Positions 37,493 to 50,445 of a DNA stretch of 64,000 bases are shown piece after piece. The DNA lies in the NCBI RefSeq assembly GCF_963921235.1, contig NC_086118.1, positions 51,646,001-51,710,000 of the forward strand. The letters are read 5' to 3'. Each line of letters begins with the position of its first letter. The first letter of the stretch is position 1. This stretch comes from Mobula hypostoma (taxonomy: Eukaryota). The notes under the pieces are model-generated. The model was given only the letters and a program-made list of their open reading frames with translations, did not search any database and had not been told where the DNA came from. The translations under genes and the position numbers were made by a program.

Positions 37493-38215
37493 CTGGGGAA
37501 GCAGGAACAGCAGGAGGGGGGTTAAAAATAAAGCCTCACTTCTGCGGTGGATTTACCTCTGCTCCAGGGTCCTGCCCTGTCCAGGCAGTGCACTGAGTGA
37601 CCATACCCCCGTACCGCTCCCGCAGATTGCCACAGACAAATCCAAGTTCAGTAAACCAAACGTCCAGCAATTCCTAACACAGAGTGGCAGACAACAAGCG
37701 AGCTGACTCAGGATGGGAGGGTTGTCCTGGGACAGGACACTGAGCGCTCCATCAGTGAGAGGTGATCTCAAAGAAGCAGAGCACAGGGGCTCAACTGGGC
37801 AGATATATGGAAGATATTAAGATATAGGGGCAGAATTCGGCCATCGAGTCTGCTCTGCCGTTTTGTCATGGCTTATCCACTTCCCTCTCAGCCCCAATCT
37901 CCTGCCTTCTCCCCGTATCCCTTCAGGTCCTGACTAATCAAGAATCTGTCAACTTCTGGCTTCAATATACCCAATGACTAGGCCTCTACAGCCGCCTGTG
38001 GCAACAAATTCCACAGAGTCAGTTTCTGTTCTAATGGACATATCACTAACGAATCAACTCATCTCATTGCTACCACTGGGAAGGAGATACAGGAACCTGA
38101 AGGCACACACTCAGCGATTCAGGAACAGCTTCTTCCCCTCTGCCATCCCAATTCCTGAATGGGCATTGAACCCATCAACATTACCTCACTTTTTATATAT
38201 CTGTTTTTGCACTAG

Positions 38216-38512
38216 TGTGGGCACGTGGCCAAGTGGTTAAGGCATTGGACTAGTGACCTGAAGGTCGTGAGTTCGAGCCCCAGCCGAGGGAACGTGTTGT
38301 GTCCTTGAGCAAGGCACTTAATCACACGACACTGGTGCCAAGCTGTATGGGTCCTAATGCCCTTCCCTTGGACAACATTGGTGTCATGGAGAGGGGAGAC
38401 TTGCAGCATGGTCAACTGCTGGTCTTCCATACAATCTTGCCCAGGCCTGCGCCCTGGAGAGTGAAGACTTTCCAGGCGCAGATCCATGGTCTCGCAAGAC
38501 TAACGGATGCCT
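38216..38512 (+). mobile_element. tRNA-derived SINE
   Basis: A-box TGGCCAAGTGG and B-box GTTCGAGCC followed by a SINE body, inserted into a LINE tail. Confidence 0.75.
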
Positions 38513-40138
38513 TCTATAATTTTGCACTATTTTTAATTTTATCATTTAATATACATAATTGAATTTTTTTCCCTATATTGCATTGAACTGCTGCTGCTAA
38601 GTTAACAAATTTCATGATATATGCTGGTGATAATAAACCTGATTCTCATTCTGAGTCTGGGTCCTCTGGTCTTAGACTCCCTCAGCAGCGGAAACGTCTA
38701 CTCTATCTAGGGCTTTCACCATTCAATAGGTTTCAACAAGAACCCCCCCCCCTACCCCGTTCAGCCCCAGAGCTGTCAAACACTCCTCATATACGGATGG
38801 TATCTCTCCTGCCTTGGGGGTGGGGGGGAGGGGGAACAGAACCAGGGATCACTGTCTCAAAATTCAAGAGGGGGGGGCTTTCAGGACAGAATTGGGCAGA
38901 ACTTCATTCACCAGAGGCTTGGAATTATCTTCCCAGGAGGGGTTTGAACAGGTTCAGCTACTGCGTTCATTCAGGAGGGAGATCGATGGGTTTTTGGGTA
39001 TTAAGGGACATGGGCTTGACGCACAGAAGCTGGAACTGGGTTACTAATCCCACAAGTGCCATGATACAGTGAAATGCCTGCCCTGCATCGTTATTTCTTT
39101 ATTGAGTGAAACAATGCAGAACAGGCCATGAGCTGCTCTGCCCAACATCCTACTTAACCCTACCCTAACCACGGGACAATTTACAATGGCCAACTAACCT
39201 GCTAACCGGTACGTCTTTGGACTGTGGGAGGAAACCGGAGCACCCGGAGGAAACCCCCGTGCATCCTCCTTACAGACAGCGCCAGAACCAAACTCCAACA
39301 TCCGCCACGGCCCAAGCTGCAACTGACCTGCATCAACGGCGACACCACCGCGGTCGAACCGTCACTCCGTGCATCGAGCTACAACCGGGTAAGTCAATAA
39401 CGATGCCCCAAAGGTGGGCGGGCCTTGTTACTGAACGGCAGGCCAGGCGCGAGGGGCTGAATAGCCTCCCTGTGTTTCCACGTACTGTACGGGGGCAGCA
39501 GAGTAGTGTGGCGGCTAGCGTAATGCTTTTACAGCACCGGTGACCCGGGTTCAATTCCCAACGCCGTTTGTAAGCGGTTTGCACGCTCTCCCTGTGCTCG
39601 CTTGGGTTCCCCCCGACATTCCAAAGGATAATTGGCCACACGGGCAGCGTGGATTCATTGGGCCAGAAAGCCCCGTTTCATGCTAGATCTCTAAATGCAT
39701 AAATAAAATCAGTAAATCCCATGTTCGTTAAAAAGATTACCTTGGATATCCTTCACTTGGGCGTTTCCCCTGATCTCCATCTCCTCACATCCTCACCACT
39801 GTAATTCCTGAATGAGCAACACCTTCCAGTCCTTGTCTGGACTGGGTCAATCCTCGTTCCTCCCCACCTTTCCCCCTTCGGGAACATCCATCCTCCCTTT
39901 CCACAACTCACCAAGGCTTGGACTTCCCACAGTTTCTTTGCTTCCTAACCCCTCAGGTTGTCAACCATTAGGTTCTTGAAATGACCCGCACATCCCTAAT
40001 TCTACCTCAGCAATGTAGAACTACAGACCACCTCGAACACTAACACGGACTGGTCTCTAATTGTGCGTTTCATTTGCACCGATTTCTGGTGGTTTTACAG
40101 TTTTGTTTTGTTCTTCATTGTCTTAAATAATTTATGTA

Positions 40139-40703
40139 TACTCAGTGGCCACTTTATTAGGTCCCTCCTGTATCTAATAAAGTGGCCACTGAGTGTATGT
40201 TTGTGGTTTTCTGCTGCTGTAACCCATCCACTTCAAGGTTTGACATGTTGTGCATTCAGAGATGCTCTTCTGCACACCACTGTTGTAACGTGTGGTTATT
40301 TGAGTTACTGTCACCTTCCTGTCAGCTTGAACCAGTCTGGCCATTCTCCTCTGACCTCTCTCATTAACAAGGCATTTTTGCCCACAGAACTATCACTCAC
40401 TGGATGACTTTGTTTCTTGACCGTTCTCTGTAAACTCTACAGATTGTTGTGCGTGAAAATCCCAGGAGATAAGCAGCTTCTGAAATACTCAAACCACCCT
40501 GTCTGGCACCAACAATCATTCCCCTGTCAAAGTCACTTAGATCACATTTCTTCCCCCATTCTGATGCCTCATCTGATTAACAACTAAACCTCTTGACCGG
40601 GTCTGCATGCTCTTATGCACTGAGTTGCTGCAAGATGATTGGCTGCTTCTATACTTGCATTAACGAGGTGTACAGGTGCATCCAATAAAGTGGCCACCGA
40701 GTG
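40139..40703. mobile_element. Non-autonomous Tc1/mariner-like element
   Basis: TIRs (T)ACTCAGTGGCCACTTTATT ... AATAAAGTGGCCACCGAGTG flanked by TA. An extra inverted TIR copy lies at about 40174-40197. Confidence 0.8.
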
Positions 40704-42154
40704 TACATTTTATTTACAGTGTCCGCTCTGCGTGTCGTCTGTGAAGCTGCTGCTACCAGCTTTTTATTGTCCCTCACCGTACTTGTCCTCACAACAAACC
40801 CAACCGGACCAGCCTCAGAGACCCGAGAGACTGTCCACGTTCGAATCTGGAGCAGTAGGCAATCTGCCGGTGGAACTCAGCGGGTCGAGCAGCATCGTGA
40901 GGGGAAAGGAACTGTCAACGTTTATATTCAGAAAGGTGCTGGCAAAAGGCCAGTAACAACATGAAGGATCCCACCTACCCTGCTCATAGACTCCCATCAG
41001 GGAGGAGGCTACGTAGCATCCACAACAGGACCACTAGACCAGGAAACCTCAAGCAGTGAGGCTGATCAACACCTCCACCCACTAACCCACCCCTCGACAC
41101 CCCCAATCACCACTACTTTATCATTTCCTGTCAGTCGCCGTATGTACAGACACTCCTGTGCCTAGTGTCACTTTATGGACACACAATCAATCTGTATATA
41201 CTGTATAAGCTATCCTGTGTATTTACAATAATTGTGTTTTTGTATAATTATTGTGTTCTTTATCTTTTGTGGTTTTTTTGGGCTGCATCAGATCAGAAGT
41301 AACAGTTATTTCATTCGCCTTAACACTTGTACAGGAAATTACTTTAAACAATCTTGAATCTCTCTCTCTGTAACCTTTAATGAATTAAGTGTCTATCAAT
41401 GCCTGCTATTAATACACCCAAGGGCTTGGCTTCTACAGTCGCCTGTGGCAATGAATTCCACAGATTCAACACCTTCTGGCTAAAGAAATTCCTCCTCATC
41501 TCCGTTCTAAATGGATATCCCTGTATTCTGAGGCTGTGTCCTCTGGTCTTCGACTCCCCCACCATAGAAAACGTCCCCTCCACACCTCCACTCTATCTAG
41601 GCCTTTCAACATTCAATAGGTTTCAATGAGATCTTGCCTTATTCTTTCAAACTCCTGATACGTTAAGCCGTTTCATTCCAAAAAATCATTCTCATAATCC
41701 CTGCTCTGGACCCTCTCCAATGCCAGCACATCCTTTTGTAGATATGGGGCCTAAAACTGCTCACGAAACTCTAAGTGTTGAGGCCTGCTCCACACCTCAA
41801 CAGGAACTCGTTCTCACCCCCCCACAAACACCAGAGTCTAGATGAAGACAGAACACATTCCAGGGGCCTGGTCAGACGCGGCCTCCCTCACAGGCCTCCC
41901 CCTACTGGCATCTTTCATTTTGGGGGCTTTGGGGGCAGGAGATGCTGCTGAAACCCCGCTCTCCAGGTAAAGCACCAGACACAGTGTCCAGCTCACTTGG
42001 AATCCAAGTGGACACAATGATCTGGTGGGAATGTAGACGAGGGACTGTTGTGCTGTGCGGAAGGGCGTGGAGTAGGCAGGCGCGGATCCCAGCTCCTGCA
42101 AGGCCTCACAGGAGTGAGAGCAGAAGGTCACAGCAGGCGCGGCCTCTTACCTAC

Positions 42155-42311
42155 CTTCACCTGCTCCGGAGTGTAATACTGTGGCTTCCAGTCCGGAATC
42201 CAGCCCATCCCGGGCTCCCCGTTCCCAAACTTCTCACAGAAGACCCCATACTGGGGGTGGGAATGTCCACACCGATGCGGATCATGGAAGGCCACGTACA
42301 GAAAGAATGGC
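42155..42311 (-). CDS. SGSH: SGSH exon 5 (157 nt)
   Basis: [52 protein letters not shown]. cag|...|gtagg. Confidence 0.96.
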
Positions 42312-42359
42312 CTGAGGTAAAAAAAAACACACGGGGAGGGGGGTATTTAAACAAAGTCC

Positions 42360-42712
42360 TGAGACGCAGGCCCAGGGAGGGAGACACCTCCACACCGAGA
42401 CGCAGGCCCAGGGAGGGAGACACCCCCACACCGAGACGCAGGCCCAGGGAGGGAGACACACCCACACCGAGACGCAGGCCCAGGGAGGTGGACACCTCCC
42501 ACACCGAGACGCAGGCCCAGGGAGGGAGACACCTCCACACCGAGACGCAGGTCCAGGGAGGGAGACACACCCCACACACCGAGACGCAGGCCCAGGGAGG
42601 GAGACACCCCGCCCCACACCGAGACGCAGGCCCAGGGAGGGAGACACCCCGCCCCACACCGAGACACAGGTCCAGGGAGGGAGAAACACCCCACACTGAG
42701 ACGCAGGCCCAG
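42360..42712. repeat. Minisatellite, 36-42-bp unit, ~9 copies (SGSH intron 4)
   Basis: GAGACGCAGGCCCAGGGAGGGAGACACC..CCACACC repeated. Confidence 0.95.
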
Positions 42713-43410
42713 GCAGCAGAGGGCGAATAGGCCCTGGGAGGGAGGGGGGGGGAGCACCCATTTTCGAAAGCACACACCCGAGGAAGAGTAAAATCTCTCA
42801 CCAAGACAGTTCAAGACATATCGTTGGCTGACAGTCCCAGTTGTACACACGCCCCCCTCCCCAGTGAGCCAGAATACCCCCCCACACCGAAACACACGTC
42901 GGGATGCAGAGGAGATTAGTAGGAGGCCGCCGGGATTGGACAGCATGTCTTACGAGGACAGGCTGGGCGAGGGCTTTTCTCTTCAGAGAGCTGCCTTGAT
43001 AGAAGTGTACAGGATGATGAGAGGCATCGGTCAGGTGGACAGAGAGACATTTTCCCCGAGCGGGCATTCAGGGGGTATAACCTTAAGGTGATTGGAGGAA
43101 AGTACAAGGGTGGATGTCAGAGGTAGTTTTTTTTTAAAAAACACAGAGTGTGGTGGGCACATGGAACGAGCTGGGGAGGTGGTAGAGGCAGATATATTAA
43201 TTTACAAAGCACCTAGAGAGGCACAAGGATGATAGACAAAGTGTTACTCACCTTGGAGCGGGTTAAAGGGCTAGCACAGCATTATGGACCGAAGGGGCTG
43301 TGTTGCGTTGCACTGCTCAGTGCTCTGTCTCCCCCCGGGGGCGTACTGAGAGTGTGCCGCCCCCACCGTCAGTCGGACAAGCCCACCCGGTCTGGGGCCA
43401 CTGCACCCAC

Positions 43411-43561
43411 CTGCTGCCCGTGTCCCGCAGGAAGGTCCTGACCAGCAGTTTGATCCGGGTGATGTTCCGGCCCACCTGCAGGATGGAATGGTTCTCCTCG
43501 GTCTGCGCGTAGTCGAAGGGGTAGACGGACTCCGGCCCAATGTGCTTCTTCCCGATTATCC
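43411..43561 (-). CDS. SGSH: SGSH exon 4 (151 nt)
   Basis: [50 protein letters not shown](R). cag|...|gtggg. Confidence 0.96.
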
Positions 43562-44679
43562 CTGAGCGAGCAAAGGGAACGTCAGGAAGTGCGTCGTCCC
43601 GGTGGAGAGGCAGCAACACCGCTGGGTGGGGGCTTGGAATTCGGAAGCCCCCACTCTGCATGGGAGAACTGGCATAGGAGGGGCAAACACGGTAACACGC
43701 AGAGCCTGGCCTCTGCAGCCCAACGTACAAGCCACAGTGCCTTGCATGTAGAACGTGTGTTCAGTATACTGCACGCGGCCTAGCATGCAAGCCAGAACGC
43801 GTTGTGTCAAGGATTATTCTTGAGTTATGACATTAGAGGTACCATAATTGGCCTCCTACCCTGCCTGTCTCCACCCCCCAGTGACCGTCCTCCTTCCCTT
43901 TCTCCCATGGTCCACTCTCCCTCTCCTATCAAATTCCTCCTTCTCCAGCCCTTTACCTTTCCCACCCACCTGGCTTCACCCATCACCTTCCAGCTCTCCT
44001 CCTTCCCCTCCCCACACCGTTTTATTCTGGAACCTTCCTGAAGGAGAGTCTCTGTCACAATGTCAATGGTTCATTCCTCTCCACGGACGCTGCCCGACCT
44101 GCTGAGTTCCTACTGTTTTTTTTGAGATACAGCATGGAATAAGCCCCTCCAGCCTTTCGAGGCGTGCCGCCCAGCAATTAACCTCGAATTAACCCTAGCC
44201 TAATCACAGGACAATTCACAACAACCAATTAACTTACCAACCAGTAGGGAGGAAACCGGAGCACCCGGAGGAAACCCACGCGGTCACAGGGAGAAGGTAC
44301 AAACTCCTTACAGGCAGGGGTGGGAATCGAACCCGGGTTGCTGGTACCGTGAAGGGTTGTACTAACCGCTTGGCGACTGTGCTGCCCCAACATGGGGCAG
44401 ATGCTGGAGATCCAGCGGAACAGAGCGCACGTGCTCTGGATTTCCAGCCCCTGCACAACCTCTTCAGCTTGTAACTACGGACGAACTAAAATGAGAACCA
44501 GTCTTCAGGGGTTAAAACCCGTTCACAAATTCTAAATGATACTTTGAGAGCATGACGTTCTACTGTTCCTGCTATCAGCAAATTGTTGAGGGTGTATCCC
44601 TGCTATTTAAAGGCACAGTGTAGGAGAGATCTGTTTTGGCACCTAACCTTCTGATAAATTAATTTTCAATCTCTCACTG

Positions 44680-46845
44680 CTACAGTTGGAAGTTCCCTCT
44701 TGCTTGAAAAGGGCAACAATTATAGTCATGCCCGGGAAGAGTAGTGTGAGCTGCCTTAATGCCTATTGTCCAGTATCAGTCACTTCGACAGTGATGAAGT
44801 GCTTTGAGAGGCTGGTCATGTTTAAAATCAACTCCTGCCCCAGCAAGGACCTGGAGCCACTGCACCTTGCCTCTCGTCACAATCGGTCTATGACGGATGC
44901 AATCCTCAATGGCTCTTCACACGGCCTTAGATCACCTGGACAATGCAAACACCTACGTCAGGATGCTGTTTACTGACTGTAGCTCAGAGTTTAACGCCAT
45001 CACTCCTATAGTCCTGATCGAAAAGCTACAGAACCTGGGCCTCTGTACCTCCATCTGCAACTGGATCCCTGGTTTCCTAACTAGAAGTCCACAATCAGTG
45101 CGGATTGGCGATAACATCTCCTCCTCGCTGACAATCAACACTGGCGCACCTCAGGGGTGTGTGCTTAGCCCACTGCTCTACTCTCTATGTACCCATGACT
45201 GTGTGGCCAGGCACAGCTCAAATACCATCAATAAATTTGCTGATGATACAAACATTATTGGCAGAATCTCAGATGGTCGTACAGGAGTGAGATACACCAG
45301 CTAGTGGAGTGGTGTCACAGCCACAACCATGCACTCCACATCAGCCAGACCAAAGAGCTGATTGTGGATTTCAGGAAGGGTAAAAAGAGGGGACACGAAC
45401 CAATCCTTATAGAGGGATCAGAAGTGGAGAGAGTGTATAATTTCAAGATCCTGATTGTCAGAATCTCTGAGGATCTAACCTGGTCCCAACATATCGATGC
45501 AGTTATAAAGAAGACAGCGGCTATATTCCATTAGCAGTTTGATTTGTCACATAAAAGACTGAAAGACTTCTCTAGGTGTACCATGGAGAGCTTTCTGACG
45601 GGCTGCATCATTGACTCGTATGTGGGGGTGGGGACGGGGAGGCTACTCCACAGGACTGAAAGAAGCTGCAGAAAGTTGTAGAATTCATCACAGAAACATG
45701 GAAAACCTACAGCACAATACAGGCCCTTTGGCCCTCAAAGCTGTGCTGAACATGTCCCTACCTTAGAACTACTCAGGCTTTACCCATAGACCTCTGTTTT
45801 TCTAACTCCTTGTGGCCATCCAGGAGTCTCTTAAAAGACCCTATCATATCCGCTGCCGGCAGCCCACTCCACACACTCACCTCTCTGCGTAAAAAACTTA
45901 CCCCGACATCTCCTCTGTACCTACTTCAAAGCAACTTAAAACTATGCCCTCTCATGCTAGCAATTTCAGCCCTGGGGAAAAGCCTCTGACTATCCACACG
46001 ATCAATGCCTCTCATTATCTTGTACACCTCTATCAAACCATCTCTCATCCTCCATCGCTCCAAGGAGAAAAGGCTGAGTTCACGCTACCTATTCTCATAA
46101 GGCATGCTCCCCAATCCAGGCAACATCCTTGTAAATCTCCTCTGCACCCTTTCTATGGCTTCCACATCCTTCCTGTAGTGAGGCGACCAGAACTGAGCAC
46201 AGTACTCCAAGTTGGGTCTGACCAGAGTCCTAAATGGCTGCAATATTACCTCTTGGCTCTTAAACTCAATCCCATGACTGATGAAGGCCAATGCACCATA
46301 TGCTTTCTTAACCACAGAGTCAACCTGCACAGCAGCTTTGAGTGTCCTATGGACCTGGACCCCAAGATCCCTCTGATCCTCCACATTGCCAAGAGTCTTA
46401 CCATTAATACAATATTCCGACATCATATTTGACCAACAAATCGGGTACTAGCCTCCGTAGTGTCCAAGACATCTTCAAGGAGCGGTGCCTCAGGAAGGTG
46501 GCATCCATTATCAAGGACCCCCACCACCCAGGACATGCCCTCTTCTCAATTTTACTGTCAGGTAGGAGGTACAGAAGCCTGAAGGCACACACTCAGCGAT
46601 TCAGGAACAGCTTCTTCCCCTCTGCCACGCGATTCCTAAATGGGCATTGTACCCATGAGCACTACACTGTGTTTATTATTTCTGTTTTTGCACTGTTTTT
46701 AATTTAACTAATTAACATACATATAATCACTGTAATGTACTTACTTATTTCTATATTTATTATGTATTTCATTGTACTGCTGCCGCAAAGTTAACTAATT
46801 TCACAACATGTGCCAGTGATATTAAACCTGACTCTAATTCTAACT
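44680..46845 (+). mobile_element. Rex1/Babar-type LINE (RT to 3' end) interrupted by an antisense CR1 fragment (~45692-46435)
   Basis: [49 protein letters not shown]-like and IIKDPHHPGHALF...RFRNSFFP. Confidence 0.85.
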
Positions 46846-48408
46846 GCATATTTAGGAAGCTATTGCTCAACATGCTTACAAAGAAAAGGGCTGTATTTTG
46901 GGTGTCTGGTTTTTGGAACAGACACTGATATAGAATAGTCAAAGAGATTCTGTTAGTTGGGATGTGGCTCCATTAATTTTCGATAAATTTATCTGACAAT
47001 ACTCACATTGTTAAAGTAGGTGATTATAACGATTGAAACTGTAGTTCTTTATTGTTTTCTTTGTGTTGATGAAGTATAGAGCATCCTGTCAAGAGAGCAA
47101 GATCCTGTTGGGAATCTCCTGGACTCGCTCTCTTTTGGAGGTTTGCCGCGCAAGTAAAGACTTTCATATATCCCCGGTTACAAGTTCCACGTGGTTCAGT
47201 TATCAGTCACAACACTGCGTACAGATAGAAGATGGCCAGGAGCCCAACGCAAGCAGAAACGCACACCCACCCGAGCGTGTTGCACGCACAGTAGCCGGTA
47301 GGTGACACACAGCACAGCACACTGGGTGCCACAGTCAATGTGAAGCTACTACAGCTCGGGCCATTCCGCAGTTCCAATTCCACTCGTCGTTCCGTAAGGA
47401 GTCTCTGTACGTCCTTCCCATGGAGCACGTGGGTTTTCCCCGGGTGCTCTGGTTTCCTCCCACAGCCCAAACACGTACTGGGTAGGTTAATGGACGGAGG
47501 AGATGATGGCAACGCGACACAGCTCGCAGCGGCCACTCCGGTGGTGATGTCTGTTATTTGTCAAGTAGAGTGCCATGCACAATCCTGATTTGATGGAGAC
47601 GGACGTGAGAGCACAGAGGAACATCTGGTGAAACTTCTGAAATGCCTGCTTTGCTGCTGCTCCTACTGTGTGGTCCAGAACTCCAGAGGAGAAGGCCCGG
47701 AGTCCTTGGCTTTGCTTGTTGCTCGGCGACCAGGGTGGGGTCGAAGCGCTCAGCAGAGGATGGTGCTCGGAGGGGCTGGTCGGAGGCTCGAAGTTTTCGG
47801 ACGGACTCAGAGTCCCCTGTGGTCGGGTGTTTCCAATGGTGCTACACTTGGAGCTTCCTGGCAGGGAGGGTTTCTCCCTTCTATAGTCATAGTCATACTC
47901 TATTCATCCCGGGGGAAATTGCGTGAGATGTTGGGGCTATTGGGACTTCCAGACTTTTTTTTACCATGTCCATGGTCTGCTCTTTATCAAATTATGGTAT
48001 TGTTTTGCACTGTTGTAACTATATGTTATAATTAAAGCAACACACATAAAAGTTGCTGGTGAATGCAGCAGGAAAGGCAGCATCTCTAGGAAGAGGTACA
48101 GTCAACGTTTCAGGCCGAGACCTTTCGTCAGAACCCTTCGTTATAATTATGTGGTTTTGTCAGTTTTAGTCTTGGTTTGTCCTGTGTTTTCTTGTGATAT
48201 CATTCTGAAGGAACATTGTATCACTTTTTAATGCATGCATTTCCGAATGACAATAAATGACGACTGAGTGTCCTCATAATCTAAAAAAAAATTGATCATT
48301 GTAAATTGGGCCACGGGTGTAATTGGGCGGCGCGGGGTCATTGGGTCAAAGGGGACTGCTACAGCATGGTCTCCCCAAGTAAAAATAGATAACGTTCAAG
48401 ACCCTCAC

Positions 48409-48514
48409 CGGTTCTGATCCCAGCCTGACTGAGCAGCATTGGTAAACTCCGGACACCATCGAAGGAATTGAAGTGGTGAACGCCTTGGTGCAGTCCATAC
48501 ATTCCATTCTGATG
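48409..48514 (-). CDS. SGSH: SGSH exon 3 (106 nt)
   Basis: [35 protein letters not shown](G). tag|...|gtgag. Confidence 0.96.
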
Positions 48515-48977
48515 CTACCAAAGTTCAAAGTAACTTTTATTATCAGAGTACAGTCCGTCACCACATACAACCCCGGAGATTCTCTTCCTGCAGACATACT
48601 TAACAGATCTATAGAACAGTAACTGTAAACAGGATCAATGAACAACAAGCTGTGCAAATGCAGCTATAAATAAATAGCAATAAATAACGAGCATGAAATA
48701 ACAAGATAAAAAAAGTCCTTAAATGAGTCTTTTGCTCAAGAGCCTGATGGTTGAAGTGTAGTAATTGTTCTTGAACCTGGTGGTGTGAGTCCTGGGGCAT
48801 TTATCCCTCAATGGCAGCAGTGAAAAAGGAGCATGGCCTGAGTGGTGAGGATCTTTGACAATGGATACTGCTTTCCTATGGCAGCATTTCATGTAGTTGT
48901 GCTCAATGGTTGGGAGGGCTTCACCCGTGATGTACTGGGCCGAATCCACTACCTTTTGTAGGATTCTCTGCTCAAAG

Positions 48978-49270
48978 GCACTGGCGTCCCCACGCCCAGC
49001 CCCACTGGCGTTCCCACAACCGACCCCCACTGGCGTTCCCACACCCGGCCACATTGAAGTTCCCAGTTTCCCACGCCAGGCCCCACTGGCGTTCACATGT
49101 CCGGCCCCACTGGTGCCCCCACACCTGCCCCCCACTGGCGCCCCCACACCTGCCCCCCACTGGCGTTCCCACACTCGGCCCCCACTGGCGCTCCCAGTTT
49201 CCCACGTCCTGCCCCACTGGCATTCCCATGCCTGGCTCCATTGGCGTTCCCACGCCCGGCCCCACTGGCA
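48978..49270. repeat. Degenerate GC-rich minisatellite, ~22-bp unit (SGSH intron 2)
   Basis: CCCACTGGCGTTCCCACACC.GGC variants. Confidence 0.85.
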
Positions 49271-49647
49271 CTCAACCGCTCAGCAACTTTCCACCACACA
49301 CCTATATAGAAGTTTGCCAGAGTTTGTGACAATATACTGCATCTCAGCAGACTCCTGAGGAAGTTGAGGTGCGACTGAGCGCTGAGTACAGGAAGTACTG
49401 AGCACAAAACAAACATTCAGATCCCTGCAGTGTTATCTCTTCGTCCCCGTCACATGGGTCTGCGTGAGCACCGACCCACCCACAACCCACCACAAGGGCC
49501 TGTGCAATGCTCTGTGACCTGAGCTTGTGTGCGCGAGCGTGTCCCCTTCACACCGGCCTGCGTGCACGCGAGGCACTCCCCCCATCACGGGATCTTGTGT
49601 ACGCTTGAGACCCCCAGCCCACCTTTCCGCCCCGCGTGTTAGCGTAC

Positions 49648-49808
49648 CTGCGGCAGCCCGGTGAGAATGGCAGAGCGGCTGGGCGAGCAGCTGCTGACGG
49701 ACGAGAAGGCGTTGTTGAAGATGACGCTGCGTTCTGCCAGCCGGTTCAGGTTGGGCGTCCTGATGGCCGTGTTGTTGTACACCTCGCTCTCGAACCCGGC
49801 GTCGTCAG
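49648..49808 (-). CDS. SGSH: SGSH exon 2 (161 nt)
   Basis: (A)[53 protein letters not shown]. Contains the metal-binding DD and the formylglycine motif CSPSR. cag|...|gtacg. Confidence 0.96.
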
Positions 49809-49810
49809 CT

Positions 49811-50445
49811 GTGGGAATGTGGGAATGACTGTATTAAATACTGAGCTATGGTCAATGAACAGCATCCTAACATAGGCATTTGTGTTGACCAGGTGGTCTA
49901 AAGCCGTGTGGAGAGCTATTGACGTTGCGTCTGTCATTGACCTAGTGTGACGATAGGCAAATTGCAATGGGTCCAGGTCCTTGCTGAGGCTGGAGTTCAG
50001 TCCAGTCATGACCAACCTCTCAAAGCATTTCATCACTGTCGATGTGAGTGCTATAGTCGTTAAGGCAGCTCACATTATTCTTCTTAGGCACTGGTATAAT
50101 TGTTGCCTTTTTGAAGCAAGTGGGAACTTTCATCCATAGCAGTGAGAGGGTGAAAATGTCCTTGAATACTCCCGCTAGTTGGTTGGCACAGGTTTTCAGT
50201 GTACTCCATCGGGACCTCCTGCCTTGTGAGGGTTCACTCTCTTTAAAGACAGTCTAACATCGGCCTCTGAGACAGAGATCACAGGGTCATCAGGGATCTT
50301 CACAGCTGTAGTTATATTCTCCCTCTCAAAGAGGGCATAGAAGGCATTGAGTTTATCTGGTAGTGAGGCATCACTGCCATTCATGCTATTGGGTTTCGCT
50401 TTGTAGGAAGTAATGTCTTGCAGACCCTGCCAGAGTTGCGGTGCA
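49811..50445 (-). mobile_element. Rex1/Babar-type LINE fragment abutting SGSH exon 2
   Basis: LWQGLQDITSYK...KAGGPDG and MKCFERLVM...LDPLQFAYR...[19 protein letters not shown]. Confidence 0.85.

Noticed and set aside
38216-38290. tRNA-like sequence
   Set aside because: Head of a SINE. It lacks a proper acceptor stem and continues into a SINE body.
41942-42946. Overlapping 160-260 aa ORFs on both strands
   Set aside because: Generated by the stop-free minisatellite at 42360-42712. Only SGSH exon 5 is real.
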